A stretch of DNA of 64,000 nt from Octopus vulgaris. Its lineage: Eukaryota. Within the stretch, counting starts at the first letter, position 1, and each line of letters opens with the position of its first letter. The translations under genes were made by a program, and so were the position numbers. The notes under the pieces are model-generated. The model was not told the DNA's origin. It saw only the letters and a program-made list of their open reading frames with translations, and made no database searches. This document shows, in pieces, positions 12,973-25,883 of the stretch. The stretch lies in assembly GCA_951406725.2 (NCBI GenBank), contig OX597824.1, forward strand, positions 99,138,001-99,202,000. The letters run 5' to 3'.

Positions 12973-14517
12973 CTGGCAAAAGCCTTTAACAGGGTCCCCC
13001 GATCCCTTATCTGGTGGTCAATGCAGAAACTCAGAATCGATGAGTGGTTAGTGAGAGCTGTACAAGCCATGTACAGGGATGCTGTCAGTAAGGTGGGGGT
13101 TGACAACGAGTATGGTGAAGAATTCTGGGTAGGAGTAGGGGTCCACCAAGGATCAGTTTTCAGCCCCCTCTTGTTTATCATAGTCCTCCAGGCAATAACA
13201 GAGAAATTCAAGTCAAGATGCCCCTAGGATCTCCTCTATGCTGATGACCTTGCTCTAATAGCTGAGTCACTACCAGAACAAGAGAAGTTTCAGGTGTGGA
13301 AGCAAGGTCTAGAATCAAAGGGCCTTAGAGTCAATCTAGTTAAAACCAAAGTCTTATTAAGTAGAAAGGCAGACAAATCACAAATCCCTTCAGGTAGATA
13401 TCCCTACTAAATCTGTAGACAGGCATAGGTAGAAACTCCATAAGATGTACCCTGTGTAAGTTATAGACACATAAGAGGTGCAGCAATATCATGCTACGGA
13501 GAAAAACTAGAAGCAGTTGATAGCTTCTGTTACCAAGGTGACCAAGTCAGTAGTTGGGTGTGGATGCTCTGAGAGCTTAGCTGTTAGAATAAGAATAACC
13601 TGGGCAAAGTTCAGAAAGCTCCTGCTTCTGCTGGTAACAAAGAGCTTCTCACTCAGAGTGAAAGGTATGATGCATATGTGCGAAGAACCATGCTACACAG
13701 CAGTGAAACATGGACTGTGACTGCTGAGAACATGCGTAGGCTTGCAAGGGATGAAGCCGGTATGCTCCACTGGATGTGTAATGTCCTTGTGCAGACATGA
13801 CAGAGTGTAAGCGCCCTGAGGGAAAAGTTGGACATAAGAAGCATCAGATGTGGTGTGCAAGAGGGATGACTGTGCTGGTATGGTCGTGTGTTGCGTATGG
13901 ATGAGGACAGCTGTGTGAAGAAGTGTCACACCCTAGATAGAAGAAGTGTCACACCTAACAGTAGAGGGAACCTGTGGAAGAGGTAGACCCAGGAAGACCT
14001 GGGATGAGGTGGTGAAGCACGACCTTTGAATGTTGGGCCTCACTAAAGCAATGACAAGTGACTGAGACCTTTGGAGATATGCAGTGCTTGAGAAGACCCG
14101 GAAAACCAAGTGAGACTGTAACCGTGGCCTATGCCAGTGCAGCATAACCGGCCCATTTAAGAGTCACTTTCAATCATTGGGCAATAAACTATACTTGCAA
14201 AGACCTGTTGAGTCAAGTGAAATCATTGACATGGTCAATGCTAGCACTGCCTGACTGGCACCTGTGCTAGTGGCACATAAAAGCACCATTTGAGCATAGT
14301 CGATGCCAGTCGCAATGGACTGGCTCATGTGTTAGTGGCACGTAAAAGCACCCACTACACTCTCAAAGTGGTTGGCGTAAGGAAGGGCATCCAGCTGTAG
14401 AAACTCTGCCAGATCAAGATTGGAGCCTGGTGCAGCCATCTGGTTCACCAGTCCTCAGTCAAATCATCCAACCCATACTAGCATGGAAAGTGGATGTTAA
14501 ACGATGATGATGATGAT
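12973..14517 (+). mobile_element. RTE-clade LINE (Expander/Rex3-like), 5'-truncated, with RT and 3' UTR
   Basis: LAKAFNRVPR, VGVHQGSVFSPLLFIIVL, LLYADDLAL and RGRPRKTWDEVV, followed by the conserved 3' UTR and (GAT)n tail. Confidence 0.92.
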
Positions 14518-14669
14518 ATATAAATAGTGTTTTACTCATTATCTTTTATTAAACTTTTAATAATTTTGATATATATTTAAAATAATATAAATTAATTAAT
14601 TTTATGTATTGGCTTAAGTTTTTCATTGTTTGATTTGCCTAATAGTGGTTTTATCTCTAATTTAATATA

Positions 14670-14701
<32 letters not shown>

Positions 14702-14929
14702 AAATTGTTAAAAGTTTTATCAGTGGCCAATATATAAAAAAAAGACCTATTAAGGTGAAATCATCAATACAATTATAATTAAGGGCATAGAAAAAATTAT
14801 TTTCCTGCCTTTATGCTTAAAAGAGATGCTAAATAGTCAAACCACATTAAATATCCTCATTATTAATATTATTATTATTATTATTATTATCATCATCATT
14901 ATCATTATTATTATAATTATGATGATACC

Positions 14930-15450
14930 CATGTCAAAATGAGGGAGCAGGCTAAAAGAAATTCATAAAATTGAGTTATCTGTGGATCAGACCAATTTCT
15001 GGAATAACCTAAAAGGAAAACCTTTGAGGTTAATCCAGAAATTGGTCCTATGAAGATATTGCATATAGACCGAGTATTTACATACATTGTTTGGCTACAA
15101 TCTGTAGATATATTCTGCAGTAAAGTATTGCCTTGAAACAAAACAATGTTAATGTACTAGCAATTTATTTATCCCACTAGTGGACAAGGATGTTTCGTAT
15201 ATGCAAATTGGTGTCCCAATTTCAATAGTAATGGGTTTATACGCAGCGCATCTGTAGCACAGACAAAAGTTTTAGTAAGAAGAAGACAGAACCTTAGTAT
15301 CTTCAGAGAAATAACTTTGTTCAATATGTAGAAAAGGAGTAGGTATGAACTCAATGTGAGCCATGGATACACAAGAGGTGTGGTGGAATCATAGGTAGAC
15401 TAATACAAGAAGTAAGCTTCATATGTGATAGATACATAGGTACTAAGAGC
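14930..15450 (+). mobile_element. Possible highly decayed PLE RT fragment
   Basis: Scattered motif-like pieces in the expected order across frames (IHK, RPIS, NNFVQY, AMDT, RYI), with many stops. Confidence 0.3.
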
Positions 15451-15519
15451 ACTCCAGAAACAGATTCTCTTAAATGCTCAGTTGGCTCACCAAAAGCACT
15501 CAACAGCTTTTGTTAGCTA

Positions 15520-16060
15520 GGGGATGTAATTCACAAAGGATTTGGTTGCTCTGAAAGTATTGTAGCCAGGCTAAAAACAGGTTGGAGAAAGTTCAGGGAG
15601 CTGCTGTCAGTGCTGGCAACAAAGGTCTCTTTCCTGAGAATGAAGAACAGTTTACATGGCACTTGTGTTAGAAGTGTGAAACTGTAGGGTAGCGATGTAT
15701 GGGCTCTGAATGCCAGCAGAGGACTTGAAAACACTGGAAAGAAATGAAGCTATCATGGCGTATTGGATGTGCAGTGTGTGTGTTTGAATGATTAAGTACA
15801 AATGTGTCAAGTGGAAATCTGTTTATCAGAGGAATTAGATGCTGTGTGCAAGAAAGAAGACTGCACTGCTACAGACATGTGGTACACATGGAGGAGGACA
15901 GCTGTATAAAGAGGTGCTGATCCTTATACATGTAAGGAACCTGTGGAAGAGGAAGACCCAGGAAGATGTGGAATGAAGTAGGGAGGCTAAGATGACAAAG
16001 AACCAGAGTGATTGTCGATATGCAGTGCTCAGGGAGACCATTCCAGCTCAGTGAAATTGA
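15520..16060 (+). mobile_element. Old RTE LINE C-terminal fragment
   Basis: Homologous to 13550-14100 (GWRKFRELL, TCGRGRPRKMW). Confidence 0.75.
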
Positions 16061-16758
16061 GGTCTTGGAAGCACCTTGTGTGTGTGTGTGTGTGTATGTG
16101 TGTATGCGTACACACACTCTTCCCTATCTTCCCTCTAACATATATTGATCAACACTTATTCTTCATTCATTATATCTACCCTCACTCACTCTCTCCCTCC
16201 CACTCTCCCCACAACATTTGCAGCCCCTACCCACCCACACTCCATGCTCTTCTGTCCCCACTCTTATCCACCTTATACCTGAAGGGTATACCCTGATGCT
16301 TCATCATTACTATTTCATCTCTCCCTCTCTCTCTAGCTTCACCCTAGTTACTCCCACCCACACTTGTATCTTCCAAATAGCAATGTGTTTCATCTACAAC
16401 AGGACATCTGTTCTATTCTAGCTTCTTCTTTTGTCTCTCATCTCTCCACTTAAAACTACCCCTTTTTCTACTGCAGTCTCAATTAGTCAAAGGGGATCTT
16501 AGTCTTTAAAGCTACATGGGGACCTTGCAATGACCAGTGCCATGAGAATAAAGCACCCAATACATGTTGTAAAGTGGTTGGCATTAAGCGGTTCCTCTGG
16601 CTGTAGAAACCGTGCCATGGCAAACGGAGCATGATGCAGTTTTCGGATCTGTTGGACCTTGTCAAGCCATTCAACTCATGCCAGGATAGAAGACAGATGG
16701 ACACTAAAAGATGATGATGAGAGAAATACATACTATACATACACACATATAACTGTAC

Positions 16759-16793
<35 letters not shown>

Positions 16794-16865
16794 ATGGATA
16801 ATAAAATGAGTGGGTTACACCTGGCAGCTTACTGGGAAAGCATGGTCACTTTCACAGTGATGATT

Positions 16866-17009
16866 AGGTATATGGAAGATGGAATATGAGAATTTGTTAT
16901 TAATCCCAACAATTGTTTCATTTCATTTAGCATCAATTCCTCATGGGCGAGACACTCAATGATTGGTGATTAATAATAAATTCTCGTATATTCCATCTTC
17001 CATCTGCCT
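16866..17009. repeat. Inverted repeat (~38-bp arms, ~60-bp spacer), probable PLE inversion remnant
   Basis: ATGGAAGATGGAATATGAGAATTTGTTATTAATC pairs with GATTAATAATAAATTCTCGTATATTCCATCTTCCAT. GAAAC-AATT-GTT lies next to the left arm on the minus strand. Confidence 0.7.
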
Positions 17010-17094
17010 TATATTCACACACACACATATATATTCATAAAAGCATATATGCATATACATCCAGTCTTATACATAAACATATATGCATATAAAC

Positions 17095-17652
17095 ATGGCC
17101 TATGCCAGGAGCATAACCAGCCCACTTATGCGTAGCTTCTCCATTCTTTGGTCACTAAACTTTGCTTGCGAAGACCTGTTGAGGCAAGTAAAATCAAAAT
17201 CAAAATCATTTCGATGACTGGCATCCATGCTAGCGGGGTGCAAAGAGCACCATACGAGTGTTATCATTGACAGAGAGGCTATTCGAGTATGATCGCTACC
17301 AGCATCGCCTTACTGGCACTTATGCCTGTACTAGTAGGGTGCCAAGAACACCATCCGAGTGTGATCGTTACCAACGTTGCTTCACTGGTACCTGTGTTGG
17401 TGGCACGTGTAAAAAGATTCAAGCAAGGTCATTGCCAGTACTGCCTGACTGGCCCCTGTGCAGGTGGCACGTAAAAAGCACCAACTACACTCTCGGAGTG
17501 GTTGGCATTAGGAAGGGCATCCAGCTATAGAAACTCTGCCAGATCAAGACTGGAGCCTGGTGCAGCCATCTGGTTGCCAGCCCCCAGTCAAAACCGTCCA
17601 ACCCATGCTAGCATGGAAAACAGACGTTAAGTGATGATGATGATGATGATGA
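17095..17652 (+). mobile_element. RTE 3' UTR with internal ~60-bp repeat array
   Basis: Several CTGGCAC/GGTGGCACGT..AAAA units, then the conserved tail and (GAT)n. Confidence 0.8.
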
Positions 17653-17703
17653 TACACACACACAAAATATGTATGTATATATGTATGCATGTACATATGT
17701 ATA

Positions 17704-19006
17704 CAGGGTGTCCCAGAAAGATTTACCCCTGTTTAAAACTCTTCCTAAAGAATATTGGTTCAGATAAAATTATCTACATTTTACATAAAGATTCGCACCT
17801 GTCTTTAGTCCATATGTCTATTGTTTCATTCGTCCATAACAGGTTTGTAAACAAGCATGGCATCTAAAGCAAAACGTGACCAGATTGTTGCTTTGAAAAC
17901 AGCTGGAGTGAGCAACAAGGACATAACAAAACAGTTGAATGTGTGCTGTAAAACAATGTTCAATTCCTGGAAACAATATATGAAGTCTGCTACTACCTCT
18001 AGCAAACCAATTCCTGGTAGGAAACAATCAGTTTGTACCCCCCAAAAAAACTGTTGAAGCTATGAAGAAGTGAATGAACTGTGGTCACTGCAGGAGTGCA
18101 AGAAAAACTGCAAAAGCTCTTGGTATTTCAGAATTGTCAAGGCCCGGGATTTCTAAAGAGGATTTAAAGCTAACTGCATACAAGAAACAATCCTGGCAAT
18201 CAGTTTTAGCAGCTTCCAAGAAGAAACAGCTCAACTGGGGTAAAACCATGTTAGCTGAGATGAAGCACACCACTAACAAAGAGTTGATCTGGTCCAATGC
18301 GAAGATCTTCACCATGGAGGCAGTTACCAACAGGCAGAATGACAAGCTTTATGCACATAATGCAGGAGACTTGCCTGAAGGTAGCAGGAGTCATTTATGC
18401 CATCAGAAGCCAGCTTCACTTGTGGATTGGGCCACAGTTGCATCTGATGGGTTCAAGTCTCTCTTACTCTTCATCAGTACTGGTGTTAAGGTCAGCAGTG
18501 ATGTCAAAATCAAATGTGGAAATGTCAGATAACAAAGAGTTACCCTGGGTCGCAGAAACTTTTGGTGACCATTACATCTTCACTCAAGATGGGGCTGCAG
18601 CCCACATGTCCAATTTAACACAGAGCATTTTGGTGGTTTTTGCGACAAGACGATATGGCCTCCCTCAAGTCCAGACATCAATCCCATGGACTTTGCTATC
18701 TGGTCCATCTTAGAGAGTAATGAAAGTTTCTGCTCATTCCTCTTCAAATGTGTCAGACCTGAAGAAATCCCTTCTGTCTTCATGGGTCCAGTTGGATAAA
18801 GAGGTGGTATGGAGCTCATGCAACTCAGTAGTGGCCTCTCACTTGCAGGCTATGATCAAGGCAAAAGGGGATTATTCTGAAATGTAATTAATTCAGTGAA
18901 TTGACAATTTACATTAGAACAGGTGTGCCAAATTTCATTATCCTACCTTAAGTTTATTTTGAATAATTAAGAATTATCAATGGGTGAATCTTTCTGGGAA
19001 GCCCTG
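17704..19006 (+). mobile_element. Full-length defective Tc1/mariner transposon, maT (DD37D)-like
   Basis: TA flanks. TIR CAGGGTGTCCCAGAAAGATTTACCC / GGGTGAATCTTTCTGGGAAGCCCTG. Frameshifted transposase: MASKAKRDQIVAL.., IWSNAKIFT, FTQDGAAAH, WPPSSPDINPMDFAIW. Confidence 0.9.
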
Positions 19007-20099
19007 TATATAATTTTTACAGTAATTCAAAATGAATGAAAGTTTATCTTATATTTTAGGTTTTAGATTTAGTACGAATGCATACATACTCATGCAATTA
19101 CATACACACACATATGCAATGATATACACGCATTAACCTACAAACACATAACACATACAAACACACATGCACATACTTACATAAACAAACAAGTGCACAC
19201 ATTTATATATATATACAGCCATATGCATAAACATCCATCCATGCCCACCCACATGAAGACGGCTCATCAACACCTGCTCCCCCCCCATCTCTCTACCTTT
19301 CTAAGCATGGGTATTTCTCAATGTCAAATATAATTTTTTTTTATTTCTAAGTTCCACTTTTACTTTCCTTCCAGCAGTATTCATATAAAATATAATATAA
19401 CTAGTCATATACTCGGGTTAACCTATAAACAGGTATAACCTCCCCACCCCCACCACCACACTCACTAAATAGATTAGAAATCTATGTTTGAATGAACTGT
19501 TGTTGTGTGACCCTTGGTCAAGCCTGATCCAGCCCAACTGTGGTCATAGCTATGACCATCATGTCATTTGCTGAGATATAATGCATTTAGGACTATATTT
19601 ATCTAAGGTGTACTTCCTTTTTAAGAACAGTAAGAAGTGATTTGAGGGTGATTTGGTTTCTATTTCCAGTAGATCAAGTGACCATGTAGTAGCCCTGTTA
19701 TTATATCAGTGTTGTCAATATGAGTGAGTTAAAAGTAAAGTTATTTTGATTCTGCTTTCAGTTGTAGTCAGGATTATTAAAACAACAGCAGGTATGTCGT
19801 TATATGATCAACTGTTTATCAAATAAGAAGAAATCTTGGTCAAATAGAAACGGTTTTTTAGCACTATTGGAACTTTAGTCTGAAAATTAAGATTTCTGAT
19901 TTCAAAATTAATCAACAGAAATTTTTGGGGGAGGAAGTGTAGAATAAAACAATGCCACAAAGCATGAAATACTGAAATGTAACGTTGAGAAGTAAGGTGT
20001 GTGTGGGGGAAGGTGATAGTGTAGAAATTCTAGATTATTCTTTTTTTTTTTAAAGTTTTAACATCAGATTAAAGTAGATAAAGAAAAGAATGTACAAAC

Positions 20100-21897
20100 C
20101 TTCTTTTGTTTCGATTGAGCCTTTGCAATTAAATGTTCTTCGGCTGGATCCTACAAATTCACAGTGGTCATCTCCTGATCCAAAATTGTCTGCTATATCC
20201 AAATACCCTGAAAACATTCTGTTACTGAGAAGAATTTTATATCTTTCAGGCTGACCACAAAGTATCACACCAACATACCTTCCAACATGGTACGGAATTT
20301 TCTTTATATATCGTGTACCATAACAATCACTTGTGATATCATGGAATGAGAAATTATAGGGTGCCCATTTCCCAGAATTAACAAGCACCTCAGTTCGAAA
20401 CTGTAGCAGTTCCTTCTTCATGGCATTCATTCTCAAAGACGTTGAATTCAGAATTTCATTCAAATGTCTTATAACATTGGCTTGTTTCTGCATCTCTTCA
20501 CTTTGGTTCTTTGTATGACTCTTTAGCAGTTGCATTGTGAAGTTTACATGTTGTATTTTACCCAGTAGATTGCCTTTCATGATATTAATGCTTTCATTGT
20601 ATTTCTGTAATTTCTCCATGGTTTGGTTGTCTGTGCCTTTGAGAGCACTGATTGCTGTGAATAGAATTTGTGAAATATTCAGGAAGTGCAATTTCATTCC
20701 ATCATCAATCTGTCTGATCTTGGACTGGACCTGGTCCAGAGATCCAGCATGTTTTTCTTGTGTATCATTAAGATCATGTTTCAAGTCATAAATGAGTTCC
20801 TCAAGCTTCTGGGAACCAATTACAATTTCTTGGATCTTGGAATCCAAAGGACCCATAATCTCATCTATGTATTCATACAAACTTGAATTAATTTGATTTG
20901 ACATTCTATGAATGTTCTTCATTGCTGAAATATTTGCCCTGTGTACAGAGTTATTGATCTCATAACGCCAGTCTTCTAGGTTTGGGATTTTTTTATTCAA
21001 CATCTTTACCTCAGCTATGGTTTTATTTGCAGTTCTTTCAATCGTTTGAACTTTTTTCTTGACTTGGAGGGTTACTCCCTTGGTTGCATTAAGTTGTCCT
21101 TGAATGCTGTTACTTTCAATCCTCAGTCTTTCTTCAAGAGAATAATAATTTTTATGCATTTCCTGATATTTTCTTGTCAGTTCTCGAATATTTTTCCTCA
21201 ACTCTTTAAGTTCTGCAGAAAGGACCGTCGACATAATACGAGCACTTGATACTGGTTGTTCAGCTCTTACTCCTTTTTTATGTTTTTGAACAATATCATC
21301 TCTAGGGATGCTGTCATCTAGACTTCTCTGCAGGTCTTCATTGAAATTATTTTCATATGCTTTAAAACGTTTATCAACCTCTTGCGATATGGTGTTGTTG
21401 ACATTGCGAAAGGCATTCAACGTGTATTTCTCAACAATAGTCTCTAACTGTGGCACATCAGCTAAAGCTTCGTCTTTCACTTGGTGATTGTTTATTGATG
21501 ATCTCCCATAGTAATGTGGATGAGAAGTTGTATCTGTTTTACGGTGACCATGCTCTTCTCCAGTCCTACTGCTATCAGGATTTCCAATCAGCTGGTTAAT
21601 AATCTTTTCAAGACGATTTATTCGAGAAGTTACACTCATCCTTTTCTCCGTACTGCTTTGAATCTCAGCCACTAACATAAATTTTAATGACTTCATTTTT
21701 TTATCGAAATCATACATGTCCTCTCTGTTTTTATCAACTAATTTTGACAAGCTTTCAACATCGCTACAAGAACTCTTAATTTTATTCCTTGGAATCACCA
21801 TACTGAGTACACATTCGTCTGAAGCTGCTGATACCACAACAGATACAATCACATTTGATAACAAGAATATTAAACCCAATAACACTGACAAATGCAT
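20100..21897 (-). CDS. First coding exon of a secreted coiled-coil glycoprotein with an ABI3BP(TARSH)/FNDC1-type C-terminal domain; 3' exon not found
   Basis: Stop-free ORF of ~600 codons. ATG at 21897 starts the hydrophobic MHLSVLLGLIFLLSNVIVSVVVSA. The middle is heptad-rich with 14 N-x-S/T sequons. The C-terminus is WAPYNF..SDCYGTRYIKK..YVGVILC..RYKILLS..YLDIADNFGSGDDHCEFVGS. Donor GAAG|GTTTGT at 20100/20099; acceptor TTTATTTCTGCAG|G at 22056/22055. Confidence 0.88.
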
Positions 21898-22319
21898 GAT
21901 GAATGATGAGGAATTATTAAACAATCTTAGATTTCACAATGTGTCACCAGTTTTGTTTTGCGTTCTAATCGCTTGTCTTCTTTTTTCTTAATTCTGTTCT
22001 GAAAGTTACTGACTCTGTTAGGTGTGACTAGCACCTGTTAGATCACTATGGTCTCCTGCAGAAATAAACATCTTCATTACAGAGAATAATTATTATTTAT
22101 GAGGTTGGGGAAGGAAGTGGGGTGCTTATTTTTTTTTTTTTGTTTCGTTTTTGTTTTGTTTTATTTAAAGTCAGTCAATGAAAGGAATGAGATTTTGTGA
22201 AAAGAATTTGCAGAAAAGTTTTTTAAAAATTAACCAACGTATAAATAATTATTAATTTGTATGAGCTGACTTTAAAACAATAGGAAAAACGTTGAGAATA
22301 AACGGATAAAGAATCTTAC

Positions 22320-22578
22320 ATGTCCAACCTGTTTGGTTCTTTCATTAAACCATGTTATATATCCACAGAATAGTTTCTATAAAACACCAAATATTCACAC
22401 ACAAAAATCTTTTTCCTTAGTTTCTCCCAGAATGAAATTAACTTTTTCCTTTTTTTTTTTCAATTTTTTTTTAATAACATATTTTGCTTCTGTTAAATAA
22501 ACATTTTTTCTCCTTTAGAATCTGTTTTTCTCTCTTTTTTTTTTTTTTTCTCAACTGTTGTAGTGTGTGAAGCAAACT
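22320..22578 (-). other. Putative non-coding first exon (5' UTR), followed by a 264-bp intron 22319-22056
   Basis: Starts at an Inr-like GCAGTTT. Donor candidate CAT|GTAAGA at 22319. No transcript evidence available. Confidence 0.45.
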
Positions 22579-22610
22579 GCTGTAGAAGTAGAACTGTGTC
22601 TCTCTATATA
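22572..22610 (-). promoter_or_regulatory. TATA box plus initiator-like element
   Basis: Minus-strand GCGGTATATAG (22610-22604), with CAGTT (A at 22578) ~32 nt downstream, upstream of the CDS in a TE-free zone. Confidence 0.5.
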
Positions 22611-23231
22611 CCGCTGCTGCTGCCAGCTGCTCTTGAAGTAAATTACCAAAGTGTGTGTTGTTCTAAGAAGGCAGGTCTCCCTCCTCACCAGTAATAATCT
22701 CCTTCCTTCCACTTGTACAACCAGCGGCTCTTTAACTTTAACACTTTAACTTTCCCCAAAAAAAAAGAAAAGAAACACTTGTCATCCACCCCTCACTCCT
22801 GCAACCACAACACTTACACCATCACTCTCCTCTCACTATCCTCTTCTCTACTATTTTACAGTTTCCAGTTCAGTTGTAAGATCTTTTTTTGTTTTTATTT
22901 TGTTTCTTGTTGTTTATTTTGTTTCCCCTCCTATTTATTATGTGAGGTCTTTATGCATGATAACCTTAACTAAACAGAGGGAGAGAGAAAGAGAGAGAGA
23001 GATGAAGAGAGAGAGAGAGAGAGACGAAGAGAGAGAGAGGGGGGGCAGAAGGACCAGCATTTACATTTTCCTTCATCAGTTTCCAGACTGATTTCTCATT
23101 GGTTGATGTCAGCCTTCCACTTCAACATCATCATCCTCCTCCTCCTCACTCCTCTACCCTCTTGCCTCTTTTACTCTTTCATTTATTCACGTGTCCCCTC
23201 CCTCATTTTCAGCTCTCCCTCTTCTTACACT

Positions 23232-23275
<44 letters not shown>

Positions 23276-24919
23276 ACAGCTTCTACATGTGGGTATCCTT
23301 TCACTTTGTGTGTGGGGGGTATGTGTAGGTATGAGTGAATGTATGTTTGTGTATGTGTATGAACATTGTGTATGGATGTGTGTGTGTGTATATATACATA
23401 TTGATGGATGCATGTGTATGTAGACCATATGTGCATGTATGTATACATATAACTATGTGTATGCCACCACCCCCACCATCCCCATTACCACCAAGCCCCT
23501 CACCAATGCCACCAACATATCTACATGTGTACTGCTTCCCACCCTCCACATTTACACACTCCCACACATGTGCATGCACATACACACTTCCACACACTTC
23601 CACACACTTCCACACACACACATGCACACACATAATCTCATATTTAAAATTCTGATATTACATAAGGCAGATATATTCGGCAATAATTTCTCTTCCAAAT
23701 ATTTCTTCTAAATTCAGCTCCAAAACAGCAAACTTTATCACTACCCTCATCATCTCCATCATCTTAACAATCGTCATCATCATCATAGCCACCATTGCCA
23801 CCAACCTTGTCGTATAGCCACAATCACAGTTATCATCATTATCACAAACCCCAATGTCATTATCTGAATATTTTCCTTTTTATCTGCCACAGCATCATCA
23901 TCATCATCACCACCACTGCCATTATCATCTTTGGTGCTTTTGACAATTCTTCATCAAATGAATTCTATTTACTGTAGAACCCAATGTAAATTAAAAGAAG
24001 ACAGGTATGTCTTTTCTGAGGAGCAGTCAACAAATTGTGAAATGGCCCATCAGGAGACTCCCTCCGGTTTTTGCATCCCACTTATACAGAAAGATTATGT
24101 TTACATTGTTATTTAACCCACAGTGTGGTTTTCTAATGTTTAAATTATTTCGGTTCTTCTGATTTATGCTCTGTTGCACTAAAAGACCCCACTACAATTT
24201 ATGTATGTCATTATTCAGTTATATCAAGATTTCTTTTGCCAATAGAGAAAGAACCGGTTTCTAACCTAAATCCAAGGCTTCTTCATCGGAATTTCAACAT
24301 CAACAACAGAGTATTTTTGTTAGTGTGTGCGTATGTATGTATGTGCAGATTTGTATGTTTTATGTATGTATTCTCATGTGTATAATTGCATATCTAGACA
24401 TGCAGCATGTATGTATGTATGTATCCCTATGTATATGAGAGAATAAAATAGGAGAATTATTTTAACTGCTTTAGTTATCTCTTGAATTAATCTTACACAG
24501 GTTTCACCAGTGAGTTCTGATAATTTATGTGATAATCATTGCATATTGTTGCACTATCTATAAAGAAGAAATGTTGTGAGTATATTTAAAGTTGAATTGT
24601 TGGTGTAACCATGATGTTCAAGTCATCTGATGAGTTCAGTGTCTTTATTTACATTAATTTGTGAATATACAGTTGTATTTTATAATACTGAGCAGACATA
24701 TTAATGCAAGCATGTAATCATAATTTCTTTCTTACCAAAATTAATGTTACATGAAGGTTGCAAAATGGGTGTAATTTTATTGAAGTCACACAAATAAATA
24801 TACATTCACTTCTCATAACTCCTAGTTTTACATTTTTATATACGCTTCATGAAATAATTTCATTGCTTAGATTTTCTGGATTTTCAGTTCCACAGAAACT
24901 CTACGTGTTTTTTTTTTTT

Positions 24920-25552
24920 TGTGCAATTCAGCTTTTGATGTAGTTTTGTGCTGGTTCATTATGTTTGGACTATGATCATTTTCAATTGGTGTTATTGTAG
25001 ACAATCCATTTTTCATTAGCATTTGTGATGCATATCGTTGTGTTAAGTGAATCTCTTCCAATTCTTGTGGAATCCAAATATCAAGCTTCTGAATGTGTTC
25101 AAGACATTTTAAGTGATTTTCAGTTGTTGTGTGTGATACATTTAACCTCTCTGCAATCTCTCGCACAGTTATATGACAATCAGATTCAATTATGGCTTTG
25201 ATTTGCTCATCATGAACTTGCGAAGGTCATCTTTGAGTGAAAAATCTCCAGAACAGAATTTTTAAAACCATTTCTGACCATGTACGTTCTGTTAAGCAAT
25301 CAACACCATAAACTTCACATATCACTTTGTGAGCCTCAGCAGCTTTCTTGCCTTTATGGAAATAAAAAAAGCAAAATATGGCGAAAAGGTTCCTTTTGCA
25401 CTCCATGTTAAAACTGACACTGAATTAACAGCTGTAAACAAATTTACACACAATTTGCTTCTAAAGTAAGCTAAAAGTAACGGCTATCAAATGTCAAAAG
25501 GAACAAAATCATTAAAAAAAATGGCAATGAAATTACTTTCTTGCCAACCCAA
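24920..25552 (-). mobile_element. mariner transposon 5' fragment (Hsmar1/cecropia-like)
   Basis: Terminus TA-TTGGGTTGGCAAGAAAGTAATT. Transposase N-terminus FRHILLF..HKGKKAAEAHKVICEVYG..REIAERLNVSHTT..LDIWIP, frameshifted. Confidence 0.85.
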
Positions 25553-25569
25553 TATATATATATATATAT

Positions 25570-25883
25570 CAGTGCCAGTGACACTTAAAAGGCACCATTC
25601 GAACGTGATTGTTACCAGTGTCGCCTTACTGGCACCTGTGCCGTTGGCATGTGTAAAAAGTTTCGAGCGAGGTCGTTGCCAGTACCGCCTGACTGGCCCC
25701 ATACTGGTGGCATGTAAAAAGCACCCACTACACTCTCGGAGTGGTTGGTATTAGAAAGGGCATCCAGCTGTAGAAACTCTGCCAGATCAAGATTGAAGCC
25801 TGGTGCAGCCATCTGGTTCGCCAGCCCTCAGTCATTTGTTCAACCCATGCTAGCATGGAAAGCGGATGTTAAACGATGATGAT
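25570..25883 (+). mobile_element. RTE 3' end (3 hairpin units plus tail)
   Basis: Closely matches 17330-17650. Confidence 0.8.

Noticed and set aside
20050-21924. ORF-track boundaries of the 624-aa protein
   Set aside because: The start is a non-ATG codon (first ATG at 21897), and the last residues read through a GT donor into intron.
24490-24640. GAAAC-CTGT-GTA (minus) and CTGATGA (plus) hammerhead halves
   Set aside because: The halves are on opposite strands and neither has a partner box.
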